From assembly GCA_965203805.1 (NCBI GenBank), contig OZ241917.1, forward strand, positions 1-64,000: a stretch of DNA of 64,000 nucleotides. Reading direction: 5' to 3'. A program made the translations under genes and the position numbers. The DNA is from Candidatus Latescibacterota bacterium. GTDB taxonomy: Bacteria; Latescibacterota; UBA2968; GCA-2709665. This document shows, in pieces, positions 19,581-29,174 of this stretch (positions are counted from its first letter, which is position 1; each line of letters starts with the position of its first letter). Under the pieces are notes generated by a model. That model saw only the letters and a list, made by a program, of their open reading frames with translations, did not search any database and was not told the origin of the DNA.

Positions 19581-19980
19581 TTTTCGTGGTTTCACCTGTG
19601 CGAACCTGCACCGGTGTGGGCAGGGTGTCATTTCCAACGTGGTAACACCCGAGCAACGAGTCGAAGTTCCAGAACCCGCCCCGGGGCCGCCAGGCCACCA
19701 CAATCCACTCATAGGTGCCCGGCTCTTCCAGGGGGACGAAATATTCGTACCGGACCGCCCCGATCGTCACGGTGGTGTCCCATCCGGCAATATTGAAGAA
19801 ATCGGCGAGGGTTTGCGGGCGACGGCGATAGACCGCCACCGCGACGTCGTCGGTTTCCGGCGGCCACTCGCCGTTGAATATGAGGGTTCCCTTGATGCCC
19901 GTACCTTCGGGCGGCCCCGGTCCCAGGCCGCCGCCGCAGGCGATGAGCACGAGAAGGGCCGTTGGCAGGAAGCGTTTCAT
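19414..19980 (-). CDS. Hypothetical lipoprotein upstream of the TonB-dependent receptor
   Basis: Lipobox-like MKRFLPTALLVLIA|C and a beta-rich body. The 3' tail overlaps the receptor gene. Confidence 0.75.
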   Translation of the reverse strand: MKRFLPTALLVLIACGGGLGPGPPEGTGIKGTLIFNGEWPPETDDVAVAVYRRRPQTLADFFNIAGWDTTVTIGAVRYEYFVPLEEPGTYEWIVVAWRPRGGFWNFDSLLGCYHVGNDTLPTPVQVRTGETTKNVDIQTYFDLVQGADRPDRHICTDFLPPLPTLSGLNAAGGDLRRDVGTNNRQGDR

Positions 19981-20050
19981 GTCGGATACGCGGCGCGCGG
20001 GCGGGGATTCGAAGGGTCATCCGGAATCCGCGTCGCCGCCCCGGTTTTGC

Positions 20051-20079
20051 TTGACACGCCCGGAGGTACGAAATAAGTT
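20051..20079 (+). promoter_or_regulatory. sigma70-type promoter of the aminomethyltransferase-like gene
   Basis: TTGACA-N17-TAAGTT. Confidence 0.55.
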
Positions 20080-20129
20080 CCAGCAGGTCTTAACGGTGTG
20101 TGTTCTGCGTTCATTCGGGAGGTCGCTCA

Positions 20130-21191
20130 ATGACTGTTTCATCGTTGCGGGAAGCCAAACAGGCGGCGGGCGCGGTATTCGAACGAATCGACGGCATCGA
20201 GGCGGCTGTGCATTACGGCGATGCCGCGTCCGAATACGCTTCCGTTCGAGAGGCCGCGGGTCTGGTCGATCGGAGCAACCGGGGCCACCTGCTGGTTACC
20301 GGCTCGGACCGTGCGCGGTTTTTGCACGGGATGCTGAGCAATACGGTCGAGGGGCTGGAAACCGGGGCGGGCAACTATGCGACGATGACCACGCCACGGG
20401 GACAGACGCTGACGGATGTATGGGTTTATCACCGCGCGGAAGCGTTCCTGCTTGAGACGGAGCCGGGATTGCAGGAAAAACTGATGGCGTCCCTGGACAA
20501 ATACCTGATCGCGGACGACGTCGATATCAAGGATGTAACCGGGGCGCAGGCCACATTGGGTGTACACGGACCGGGCTCCCGCGCGCTGATCGCGCGTGTG
20601 CTGGGCGAGGTGCCCGTCGATCTCGCGGATTGCCACACCGTTTTCCGGACCCTGGGACGCGCGGATGTGTCCGTGACCGCGCGCGGCTATACCGGAGAAC
20701 CCGGCTACGATCTCCGGATAGCGGCTGCCCTGGCCCGGCGCCTCTGGAGTGCGTTGACTTCCGCGGGCGCGCGGCCCGTGGGCGCCCGGGTTCTGGAAGC
20801 ATTGCGTATAGAAGCCGGCATTCCACGCTACGGAGTGGACGTGGACGAGCGGGTCGTGCCCCTGGAAGCGGGCCTCTATCACGCGGTCGATTTCGCGAAA
20901 GGATGTTTTATCGGACAGGAAACGATCGCCAAAATGCACAATCTGGGCAAGCCCAGGCGGTATCTGGTTGGTCTCCGTCTGGACACGGAAACCGTTCCGC
21001 CCGCTGAAACGCCGCTTCGAGACGGCGAAAGACAGATCGGGTGGATAACAAGCGGCCTGCACTCCCCGGCCCTGCGGCGGGTGGTTTCGCTGGCCTCCGT
21101 CCGCCGGGGTTTCGAACAGCCCGGCCGGATGCTGTCCGTAGACGGCGGAGGCCGCGCCGAGGTCGTCGAACTGCCGTTTCTTCGGCGATAG
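20130..21191 (+). CDS. GcvT/YgfZ-like folate-binding aminomethyltransferase family protein
   Basis: GSDRARFLHGMLSN, LRIEAGIP and the YgfZ motif KGCFIGQE. Confidence 0.88.
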   Translation: MTVSSLREAKQAAGAVFERIDGIEAAVHYGDAASEYASVREAAGLVDRSNRGHLLVTGSDRARFLHGMLSNTVEGLETGAGNYATMTTPRGQTLTDVWVYHRAEAFLLETEPGLQEKLMASLDKYLIADDVDIKDVTGAQATLGVHGPGSRALIARVLGEVPVDLADCHTVFRTLGRADVSVTARGYTGEPGYDLRIAAALARRLWSALTSAGARPVGARVLEALRIEAGIPRYGVDVDERVVPLEAGLYHAVDFAKGCFIGQETIAKMHNLGKPRRYLVGLRLDTETVPPAETPLRDGERQIGWITSGLHSPALRRVVSLASVRRGFEQPGRMLSVDGGGRAEVVELPFLRR

Positions 21192-21317
21192 ACGGGTCGA
21201 CCCGGCAACGACGCATCATTCTACGATAACGGCGAAAATCGGCGATGTCAAGGGCTTTTTGTCTCAGGAGCACGCGGTTGCAGGGGAGGTCTCCCGGGTC
21301 CTGAATCGAGAGGGTTG

Positions 21318-21346
21318 TTGACTCTGCACATTTGTTCATTTATATT
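21318..21346 (+). promoter_or_regulatory. sigma70-type promoter of the fol-pan operon
   Basis: TTGACT-N17-TATATT. Confidence 0.65.
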
Positions 21347-21451
21347 GATAAACAACGAAGTGTCGGGCGTTGGATGTCCCTTACGTCGCCGGCCGGGTCA
21401 CACGGGGCCGGCAAGGGTTCCGACATCGTCTGGAGGTGGCTGAAACAGGCA

Positions 21452-21808
21452 ATGGGAAACGACGTGTTGCGCCTGAGAAACATGAGGTTTTTCGCCTACC
21501 ACGGGCTGTTTCCCGAGGAGGCGAAACTGGGGCAGTGGTTCGAAGTGGACGTGGAGATCTTTTCGGACTTCCGGGGCTATGCCCGCGGCGGCGACTCCGG
21601 CGCCGTCGACTATTCACGGGTTTACGAAACGACGAAAGCGGTCGTCACCGAAGAACGATTCGGTCTGGTGGAAGCGCTCGCAGACCGGATCGCGGAGGTG
21701 CTGCAGTCGAGCCACCGACTTGAGCGACTGCGCGTACGGGTGCGCAAACCCAATCCGCCCATCCAGGCGATGTTCGACGGCGTCGAGGCCGAAGTGGAGC
21801 GAGGATGA
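21452..21808 (+). CDS. folB: Dihydroneopterin aldolase
   Basis: FFAYHGLFPEE..LGQ.FEVD, VDY, LVEALA and RKPNPP. Confidence 0.92.
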   Translation: MGNDVLRLRNMRFFAYHGLFPEEAKLGQWFEVDVEIFSDFRGYARGGDSGAVDYSRVYETTKAVVTEERFGLVEALADRIAEVLQSSHRLERLRVRVRKPNPPIQAMFDGVEAEVERG

Positions 21809-21811
21809 CCC

Positions 21812-22324
21812 ATGGCGCTCTCCTACATCGGGATGGGTGCGAACCAGAACGACCGGGCGGCTGCGTTGCGCCGGGCCGCGGCCGCGCTCCACGAACACGA
21901 CGGACTCGACGTTAAGCATGCCTCGCCGGTCTATGAAACCGCGCCGATCGGGGTCACCGGGCAGCCGATGTATCTGAATGCGGTGCTCGCGGTGGAAACG
22001 GATCTCGAACCGCGTGCGCTGCTGGCGTGTCTGTTGGCTGTCGAAAGGAGGTTCGGGAGAGTCCGGAAACACAGATGGGGCCCCCGCTCCCTCGATCTGG
22101 ACATCCTCCTGTACGGGAATGAGATAATCCGTGTTCAGGGGCTTCAAATCCCCCATCCCAGGTTGCACGAGCGGGCATTTGTGCTGATTCCGCTGCGCGA
22201 ACTGGCGCCGCGCGGCCGCCATCCCTTGTTCAACAGGACCTTTTCGGAATTGGCCGAATCGATCGTTCCGACGCAGGAAGTGAGAAAGCTTGACGGGGTT
22301 TCGCTGCTGTCGGTTTGCACGTAA
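21812..22324 (+). CDS. folK: 2-amino-4-hydroxy-6-hydroxymethyldihydropteridine diphosphokinase
   Basis: WGPRSLDLDILLY and PHPRLHERAFVL. Confidence 0.95.
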   Translation: MALSYIGMGANQNDRAAALRRAAAALHEHDGLDVKHASPVYETAPIGVTGQPMYLNAVLAVETDLEPRALLACLLAVERRFGRVRKHRWGPRSLDLDILLYGNEIIRVQGLQIPHPRLHERAFVLIPLRELAPRGRHPLFNRTFSELAESIVPTQEVRKLDGVSLLSVCT

Positions 22325-22335
22325 AGGCGTCATTT

Positions 22336-22977
22336 GTGGCGGTACGATATCTCGCAATCGAAGGGCCTCCCTGCGTGGGCAAGACGGATCTCGCCCGGCT
22401 CCTCGGAAGATCGATGAGCGCGCGCCTGGTCCTTGAAGAGGCTGAAGAAAATCCGTTTCTGCCCCTGTTTTACGAGAATCCGGAGCACTATGGGTTTCAG
22501 ACGCAGGTCTTTTTTATGCTGCACAGGTACAGGCAGCAGCAGGACCTGCATCAGATGGACCTGTTCGAGTCCACGGTGGTCAGCAACTACCTGTTCGCGC
22601 GGAGCGGCATATACGCACACGTCTGCCTGAACGACGCTGAACTCTCGCTCTACGAACGCATGGCCGAAACGATCAGGGAAACGGCGCCGAAGCCCGATCT
22701 GGTCATATACCTCCACAATTCAACGGAGAGCCTCCTTCAACGAATTCGCCGGCAGACGCCGTCTTACGAGCGGCTGATGACCGAATCTTACCTGGAAAGG
22801 CTCGTTGAGGCGTACACCCATTTCTTCTTCCACTATAAAGAAACGCCGTTGCTCATCATCAATGTGTCGCAGGTCGACTTCGTACGGAATCCTGAGGGTC
22901 TGGAGGAACTGCTGCGGCAGGTGAAAGCGCCGCCTGCCGGCACCCGCTACTATCGTCCATCTCGCAATGAGGCCTGA
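22336..22977 (+). CDS. Deoxynucleoside kinase (dCK/dGK family)
   Basis: IEGPPCVGKT P-loop, NPFL..FY and PDLVIYL. Confidence 0.88.
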   Translation: MAVRYLAIEGPPCVGKTDLARLLGRSMSARLVLEEAEENPFLPLFYENPEHYGFQTQVFFMLHRYRQQQDLHQMDLFESTVVSNYLFARSGIYAHVCLNDAELSLYERMAETIRETAPKPDLVIYLHNSTESLLQRIRRQTPSYERLMTESYLERLVEAYTHFFFHYKETPLLIINVSQVDFVRNPEGLEELLRQVKAPPAGTRYYRPSRNEA

Positions 22978-22992
22978 TCGCGGAATACCGTT

Positions 22993-23871
22993 ATGGAATA
23001 TGCAGATACAGTCAAGGGAGTCCGGGAGGCGCCCCAAGGGGAATTGCGTACCGCACCCGGTTTTCTGACCGGGATGAAACAGCGGGGGGAACCCATCGCC
23101 ATGCTCACCTGCTACGATTTCCCCTCCGCCATCCTTCAGGACGCGTCGGACGTGGATGTCATCCTGGTGGGCGATTCGGTGGGGATAAATATCCTGGGGT
23201 ACGAAAGTCCGCAGCAGGTCACGATGGCGGATATGCTTCACCATACCCGCGCGGTCAGGCGTGGCGTGCAGAAGGCAGTCCTGTTGGCCGATCTGCCGTA
23301 CCGGTCCTACGAAACGGATTCCAATGCCGTCGAAAATGCCCGGCTGCTGGCGGATGCGGGGGCCGATATGGTAAAGCTCGAAGGCGCGGAGGAAGTGGCG
23401 GCAAGGATCGGAGCGATAACCGCCGATGGCATACCGGTCGTTGGCCACGTGGGCCATATGCCGCAGACGTGGAAGGGAAACCGGCATGTCTACGGAGACC
23501 GCGCCGATGAAGCGGCCCTGGTCCTCGCAGGCGCGCTCGCGCTGGAGGCTGCGGGTGCGGTCGCCGTGGTGCTCGAATGCGTCCCCGAACGGGTGGCCGG
23601 CGTTGTTTCGCGGGCGCTGGGCATTCCCACAATCGGGATCGGGTCGGGTCGACGGTGCGACGGTCAGGTGCTTGTGGCGCCGGACCTTTTGGGCCTCAAT
23701 GACTTTTCGTTCCGGTATTCCAAGCGCTACGCGGAGTTGGGAACCACCATCTGCGACGCGTTTTCGGCCTACGTCAAGGATGTAAAGGCGAAGCGGTATC
23801 CGGCCGAAGAGCATCGATATCGAATCAGAAACGAAGAATTGAAGAAGTTCAAGGCCCTCGCCGGGGATTGA
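22993..23871 (+). CDS. panB: 3-methyl-2-oxobutanoate hydroxymethyltransferase
   Basis: MLTCYD, ILVGDS, VKLEG and IGIGSG..CDGQVLV. Confidence 0.95.
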   Translation: MEYADTVKGVREAPQGELRTAPGFLTGMKQRGEPIAMLTCYDFPSAILQDASDVDVILVGDSVGINILGYESPQQVTMADMLHHTRAVRRGVQKAVLLADLPYRSYETDSNAVENARLLADAGADMVKLEGAEEVAARIGAITADGIPVVGHVGHMPQTWKGNRHVYGDRADEAALVLAGALALEAAGAVAVVLECVPERVAGVVSRALGIPTIGIGSGRRCDGQVLVAPDLLGLNDFSFRYSKRYAELGTTICDAFSAYVKDVKAKRYPAEEHRYRIRNEELKKFKALAGD

Positions 23872-23960
23872 ACGCAACGTCGATAGGTTGGGCGACACCA
23901 CCGAGGGGCGGGGATCTCCCGCCCCTTGTTTCTTGTCTGGAGACAGGCGGCGCGCGCAGC

Positions 23961-24842
23961 ATGGGAACGGTAAGGGTCATACGTACCGTGAGCGAGATGC
24001 ACCGAATCGCCGAACGGATGCGCAGGGACGGATTCCGGATCGGGCTGGTTCCCACCATGGGATCTCTGCACGCGGGCCATTCGAGCCTGATGCGCATGGT
24101 GGGTCGGGTGGCCGACCGGACGGTCGTGAGTGTCTTCGTCAACCCCACGCAGTTCGGGCCCCAGGAGGATTTCGAGACGTATCCGCGCGATTTCGAGCGC
24201 GATCTGGACATGGTTCGCGTCCAGGGAGGCAACCTGATCTACGCGCCGTCCGCGGAAGAGATGTATCCGCATGGTTACGCGACCTACCTGGAGGTGGAGC
24301 GACTGGCGGACCATCTGTGCGGCGCTTTCCGTCCCGGTCACTTCAGGGGAGTGGCCACGGTGGTGACCAAGCTCTTCGCGGCCGTGAAGCCGCACGTGGC
24401 GGTTTTCGGACAGAAAGACGCCCAGCAGGCGGGTGTCGTCCTCCGGTTGACGAGAGACCTGAACCTCGACGTGGAAATCCTGATCGCGCCGACGGTGAGA
24501 GAGGCGGATGGGCTGGCGAAGAGTTCCCGCAACCGCAACCTTTCACCCCGGCATCGGCGTTGCGCCGCGGTAATCTACAGGGCCCTGCAGGAGGGAAGGG
24601 ATCTGGTGCTGGCCGGCGAAAAACGCGCGTGTGTCGTCATCGAAGCCATGGATCGCCGCGTGCGCCGGAAACCGGGCGCGGAGGTCGATTACATCGCGGC
24701 GGTCGATGCCCGGGATTTCCGGCCGCTCGAAGCGATTGAGGGCCGGGTCCTTCTGGCGGCGGCCGTTCGTTTCGGCCAATCCCGGCTTATCGACAATGTC
24801 GTCGTGGAAACCAACGGGCGGGTGGTGCAGGAAATACGATAA
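23961..24842 (+). CDS. panC: Pantoate--beta-alanine ligase
   Basis: VPTMGSLHAGH, FVNPTQF, RPGHFRGV, FGQKDAQQ and RLIDN. Confidence 0.95.
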   Translation: MGTVRVIRTVSEMHRIAERMRRDGFRIGLVPTMGSLHAGHSSLMRMVGRVADRTVVSVFVNPTQFGPQEDFETYPRDFERDLDMVRVQGGNLIYAPSAEEMYPHGYATYLEVERLADHLCGAFRPGHFRGVATVVTKLFAAVKPHVAVFGQKDAQQAGVVLRLTRDLNLDVEILIAPTVREADGLAKSSRNRNLSPRHRRCAAVIYRALQEGRDLVLAGEKRACVVIEAMDRRVRRKPGAEVDYIAAVDARDFRPLEAIEGRVLLAAAVRFGQSRLIDNVVVETNGRVVQEIR

Positions 24843-24882
24843 GTGTAAGTTTTTGTTATATGTAAGGGGGGCTGGAAATCGC

Positions 24883-24911
24883 TTGACGATTGGCTTGTAC
24901 TTGGTTATATT
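24883..24911 (+). promoter_or_regulatory. sigma70-type promoter of sodA
   Basis: TTGACG-N17-TATATT. Confidence 0.65.
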
Positions 24912-24983
24912 TTGTCATATTCTCATTCGTTCGTTGTGTCTGATTCAGTCGATCATCCTCATTCAATTCAAGGAGTGTACCCA

Positions 24984-25598
24984 ATGGCACATTCACTACC
25001 CGATCTGCCGTACGGTTACGATGCTCTGGAGCCCCATATAGACGCCCGCACCATGGAGATTCACCATGGCAGGCACCATAACACCTATGTCACCAACCTG
25101 AACAACGCACTCGAGGGGCACGACGACCTGGCCGATCGGAGCGTGGAAGATCTGATCAGCAATCTGGATGGCGTTCCCGAGGCGATTCGCACGGCGGTTC
25201 GGAACAACGGTGGCGGCCATGCCAATCACAGCCTGTTCTGGACGATCATGTCGCCCGGCGGAGGCGGAGAACCCTCCGGAGATCTGGCCGACGCCATCAA
25301 CGCCGCGTTCGGCAGCCTGGACGCTGCACGGGAAGCGTTCGTCCAGGCGGCAACAACCCGCTTCGGCAGTGGATGGGCCTGGGTGGTCGTGAAGGACGGC
25401 AAGCTGGAGATTCTCAGTACCCCGAATCAGGACAGCCCGCTGATGACGGGCGATGGCGCCCCAATCCTCGGACTGGACGTCTGGGAGCATGCGTATTATC
25501 TGAATTATCAGAACCGGCGCCCCGATTATATCGAAGCGTGGGGAAACGTGATTGACTGGGACGCGGTGTCGGCCCGGTTCGCGGAAGCAGCCGCCTGA
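24984..25598 (+). CDS. sodA: Superoxide dismutase [Mn/Fe], Mn-type signature
   Basis: [23 protein letters not shown] and [16 protein letters not shown]. Confidence 0.95.
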   Translation: MAHSLPDLPYGYDALEPHIDARTMEIHHGRHHNTYVTNLNNALEGHDDLADRSVEDLISNLDGVPEAIRTAVRNNGGGHANHSLFWTIMSPGGGGEPSGDLADAINAAFGSLDAAREAFVQAATTRFGSGWAWVVVKDGKLEILSTPNQDSPLMTGDGAPILGLDVWEHAYYLNYQNRRPDYIEAWGNVIDWDAVSARFAEAAA

Positions 25599-25689
25599 CC
25601 GCAACCACGGGGCGGCACAATGTTGACGGTTGTGCAGTCAGTGTGAATGTACGGCCGGTATTCCGGAATCACACGAAAGGATCATCACC

Positions 25690-26166
25690 ATGGGGATCAA
25701 TGTAGGCGATCGGGCGCCCGACTTCACGCTGAAGAGCAAACGCGGCGACCTGGAGGACATTGCATTGAGCAGTTTCAGGGGAAACAGAAACGTCGTGTTG
25801 CTTTTCTTTCCTCTGGCGTATACGTCGGTCTGCACCGACGAAATGTGTTCGGTGAGCGGAGGACTTGCCGAATACGACAATCTGAACGCGCAGGTGCTGG
25901 CCATCAGCGTGGACAGTCCCTTCGCTCAGGAGGCCTGGGCGGACCAGAACAACATTTCCATCCCGCTGCTGAGTGATTTCAATAAGGAAGTGAGCGCCGC
26001 CTACGGAGCCCAATATCAGGATCTTCTGGGTTTCATCGGTGTCGCAAAACGCGCGGCGTTCGTTGTCGATAAGGAAGGGATCGTCCGGTACGCGGAGGTC
26101 TCGGAGGACGCGACCGTACTGCCTGACTTCGACGCCGTAAAACGCTGTCTGTCCGCAATCGGATAA
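25690..26166 (+). CDS. Peroxiredoxin (AhpC/TSA, AhpE-like)
   Basis: APDFTL, FFPLAYTSVCTDE (PxxxTxxC), ISVDS and LLSDF. Confidence 0.9.
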   Translation: MGINVGDRAPDFTLKSKRGDLEDIALSSFRGNRNVVLLFFPLAYTSVCTDEMCSVSGGLAEYDNLNAQVLAISVDSPFAQEAWADQNNISIPLLSDFNKEVSAAYGAQYQDLLGFIGVAKRAAFVVDKEGIVRYAEVSEDATVLPDFDAVKRCLSAIG

Positions 26167-26211
26167 GCGGAAGTGATTCTAGTGTTCTGTCCCGGGAATG
26201 TCGAGGGAAAA

Positions 26212-26535
26212 ATGGTAACGGTCACCGAAGCTGCTGCGGTAAAAATCAAGGACTTGCTCGAACGCGAAGGCGTTCCGGACGCGGGTCTCCGGATGAAGGT
26301 GGTCGGAGGCGGATGCTCCGGGCTGCAGTACCAATTGGGCTTCGAAGATGGCCCCGGCGAAGACGACGACACCATAGAGTGCAAGGGCGTCAGGGTGTTT
26401 GTGGACATGAAAAGCGCACTCTATCTCGCCGGGTCCGAACTGGACTATGACGATGGGTTGATGGGGGCCGGCTTCAGGGTACTTAATCCCAATGCCACGA
26501 ATCAGTGCGGCTGCGGGGAATCGTTTGGTGTTTGA
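26212..26535 (+). CDS. A-type iron-sulfur carrier (HesB/IscA/ErpA)
   Basis: GGGCSGLQY and NPNA..CGCGESF. Confidence 0.95.
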   Translation: MVTVTEAAAVKIKDLLEREGVPDAGLRMKVVGGGCSGLQYQLGFEDGPGEDDDTIECKGVRVFVDMKSALYLAGSELDYDDGLMGAGFRVLNPNATNQCGCGESFGV

Positions 26536-26586
26536 CGAAATGAACCGGTTCGGCCTGCTTTGGCGGCCGGTTGATTTCCGGATTAT

Positions 26587-26779
26587 CAGCCCGATGAAAA
26601 AGTCCATCCGGGCTGCGTCCGGTCCTTCTGACCGAATGACGGCGTTGCCTGCCTGCGCCAAGCGAAGCGCGGCAGGCAGGCGCTCCCTCCCCGAATCCGC
26701 GGATTCGCGTCGGTCGCGCGCCTTGTCTTCGGCCACAATGACTCGGCCTCGCCTGCAGAGCGACTTTCTCATCGGACTG
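26587..26779. mobile_element. MITE-like element, long copy (193 bp) with 18-bp imperfect terminal inverted repeats
   Basis: Ends are CAGCCCGATGAAAAAGTC and GACTTTCTCATCGGACTG. Near-identical to 58261-58349 apart from an extra internal ~104 bp with palindromes. Confidence 0.7.
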
Positions 26780-27037
26780 TCAGGGGAGGGAGGGGTCCGG
26801 TTCGGATGCCTCCCTTTGTTATCCGTTCGATCTGATGAACCGGAGTCTTATGTTGTTTTTGCTGCACATTGCATGCCTGCTGCCTGAGGGGCGGCGGCGG
26901 CAATTGGCTCTGTTCGGGAATTCCGGAGAACCGGCGTCGCATTGTTGCACGGAGCGAGAGCGACAATTCACGGCGGGGCCAACTGTGCGTAAATCGATTG
27001 ACCTGGACCTCAATTATTACGAAGACGGGAGGCTTCA

Positions 27038-28837
27038 ATGGCGCTGGATGCAACCTCAGTCAGTCTTGCCATTGCATGCGCGATTCTCCTCTTCGTTGCC
27101 GGATGGTTCTTGTGCGCGAGGCTCAAGGCCCGCAAGATTCAGGAAATTGAACACCACACCGAGCGTCGCATTTCAAAATTGGTCGAGAAGGCAGGCCGGG
27201 AGCGCAGAGCCACATTTCTCGAAGAGAAGAACAGATGGTACGACGCCAAGAACACGTTCGAGCACGAACTGGATACAAAAAGGCGCGAACTGGAACGCCG
27301 GGATGAGGACCTCAACGAAAGAGAGAACGGAATACTGGAGCAGCGTGAGAACCTCAAACAGCGAACCAGGGAGCTGAATCGCCGGGAGCGCGACGTTCGG
27401 CAGCGCGCGGTACGACTGGATCAGAATCAGCAGGAGATCGAACAGGTGCTGACCGAACAGCGCGGCCTGCTGGAACGTATATCCGGCATGAATATCGACC
27501 GCGCCCGCGAGATGCTGCTGGAAAATATCGAGACCGATCTCCAGCATACGGCAACCGCCATGGGTATGGAGATCATCGATCAGGCCAGGGAGCGGTCCGA
27601 ACGGGAATCGAAAAAGATCATTGCGCAGGCGATCGAACGCTGTTCCACCGATCAGACCGTGCAATCGTCGATTTCGGTCGTGGCGCTGCCCGACGACGAT
27701 ATCAAGGGGCGAATCGTCGGCAAGGAGGGGCGGAATATTATTTCGTTCGAGGCCGCCACCGGCGTGAAGGTGATCGTTAACGATACGCCGGAAGCCGTGG
27801 TTCTCTCCAGCTTCGATCCGGTAAAGCGGGACGTGGCCAGGCTGGCGATGGAACAACTGGTGAAGGAGGGGCGAATCAACCCGAGCCGGGTGGAAGAGGT
27901 CGTGGCCGAATGCGAGAGCCGTATCGAGACCCTGATCGAAAAGGAGGGGCGTCGCGCGGTCAAGGAAGTCGGCATCGACGACATGCACTCCGAACTGGTA
28001 ACGATGCTGGGGCGCCTCAAATACCGGACCAGTTACGGACAGAGCGTATTGGGGCATTCCAAGGAAGTCGCCTTCCTGTCGGGCGCGATGGCGGCGGAGC
28101 TCCGGATGGACGAGATGCTGGCGCGACGTGCCGGGCTCTTGCACGACATTGGCAAGGCGGTCGATCAGGAACAGGAAGGAACGCATACCGACATCGGTGT
28201 CGCGATGGTGCGCCGGCACGGCGAAGGGCCGGAGGTTGGGAACGCCATTCTCTACCATCACGGAGACGCCGAAGCCAGTTCTCCGATTTCCTTCCTGGTT
28301 AAGGCGGCCGACGCCATATCATCGTCCCGCCCCGGCGCCCGGCGTGACGATGCGGAAGGGTATATTCGCAGAGTGCGGGATCTGGAGGATATCGCGCGGG
28401 GTTTCCATGGCGTTCGCGACGCGTATGCCATCAATGCGGGACGGGAAATCCGTGTGATGGTAAATGCCGGCCGGGTGGACGACGAGCACGCCAAGGGGCT
28501 TTCTTTCGAAATCGCACAGCGCATCCGGGAGGGAATGACCTATCCCGGGGAGATTCAGGTTACGATTATCAGGCAGACGGTCGCCACGCAGTGGGCGGGC
28601 CGTTCAAACAAGCGGCGCAAGGGCAGGTCCCGGAACAGGAGAGGAGAACGCCGTTATGAAAAAGGTCGGTCACGAAATGACGCTGACCGAAAAAATGTAT
28701 CTTCCGGCAATCACAAAGGGTCTGTCGCTGACCTTCAGGCATCTGCTCGGCAAAAAGATCACGATGCAGTATCCGGAGGAAACCTGGACAAAGCCCGGCG
28801 GATACCGGGGGCTGCACAAGCTAACGAAGGACGATAA
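27038..28837 (+). CDS. rny: Ribonuclease Y, with an extended basic C-terminal tail
   Basis: N-terminal TM and coiled coil, KH motif KGRIVGKEGRNI, HD motif GLLHDIGKA, ADAISSSRPGARR and YPGEIQVTIIR. Confidence 0.95.
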   Translation: MALDATSVSLAIACAILLFVAGWFLCARLKARKIQEIEHHTERRISKLVEKAGRERRATFLEEKNRWYDAKNTFEHELDTKRRELERRDEDLNERENGILEQRENLKQRTRELNRRERDVRQRAVRLDQNQQEIEQVLTEQRGLLERISGMNIDRAREMLLENIETDLQHTATAMGMEIIDQARERSERESKKIIAQAIERCSTDQTVQSSISVVALPDDDIKGRIVGKEGRNIISFEAATGVKVIVNDTPEAVVLSSFDPVKRDVARLAMEQLVKEGRINPSRVEEVVAECESRIETLIEKEGRRAVKEVGIDDMHSELVTMLGRLKYRTSYGQSVLGHSKEVAFLSGAMAAELRMDEMLARRAGLLHDIGKAVDQEQEGTHTDIGVAMVRRHGEGPEVGNAILYHHGDAEASSPISFLVKAADAISSSRPGARRDDAEGYIRRVRDLEDIARGFHGVRDAYAINAGREIRVMVNAGRVDDEHAKGLSFEIAQRIREGMTYPGEIQVTIIRQTVATQWAGRSNKRRKGRSRNRRGERRYEKGRSRNDADRKNVSSGNHKGSVADLQASARQKDHDAVSGGNLDKARRIPGAAQANEGR

Positions 28838-29153
28838 AGGCCGCCCCAAATGTGTCGCGTGCTACATGTGCGCCACGGCGTGTCCTGCCGATTGCATCGC
28901 CATCGAGGCCGAAGAAGCGCCCTGGGAGGACCGGGAGAAACATCCCAGACGATTTGACATCGATATGTTGCGTTGTATTTTCTGCGGCATGTGCGTTGAA
29001 GCCTGTCCTGAAGACGCGATCGTCATGACCGAGCGAACCGAACTGGCGGCGGAAACCCGGGCCGAGCTGATTTATACCAAGGAACGACTGCTTGCCGTGG
29101 AAGACAGGGTAACGCTCACGCCGCCTCGAAGGCCGCTGGAAAGTACCCCATGA
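28656..29153 (+). CDS. nuoI: NADH-quinone oxidoreductase subunit I-like 2x[4Fe-4S] protein (stand-alone)
   Basis: TMQYPEE, CVACYMCATACP and CIFCGMCVEACP. Own SD (AGGAG). Confidence 0.85.
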   Translation: MKKVGHEMTLTEKMYLPAITKGLSLTFRHLLGKKITMQYPEETWTKPGGYRGLHKLTKDDKGRPKCVACYMCATACPADCIAIEAEEAPWEDREKHPRRFDIDMLRCIFCGMCVEACPEDAIVMTERTELAAETRAELIYTKERLLAVEDRVTLTPPRRPLESTP

Positions 29154-29174
29154 GCCGGCGGGTGGTTGGGCTCC

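Noticed and set aside
21452-24842. folB-folK-dNK-panB-panC grouping as a novel operon
   Set aside because: A well-known arrangement in many bacteria.
26780-27037. Possible 6S RNA upstream of rny (a common location)
   Set aside because: I could not fold a convincing long rod with a central bubble by eye, and zapA is absent. An Infernal search with RF00013 would decide.
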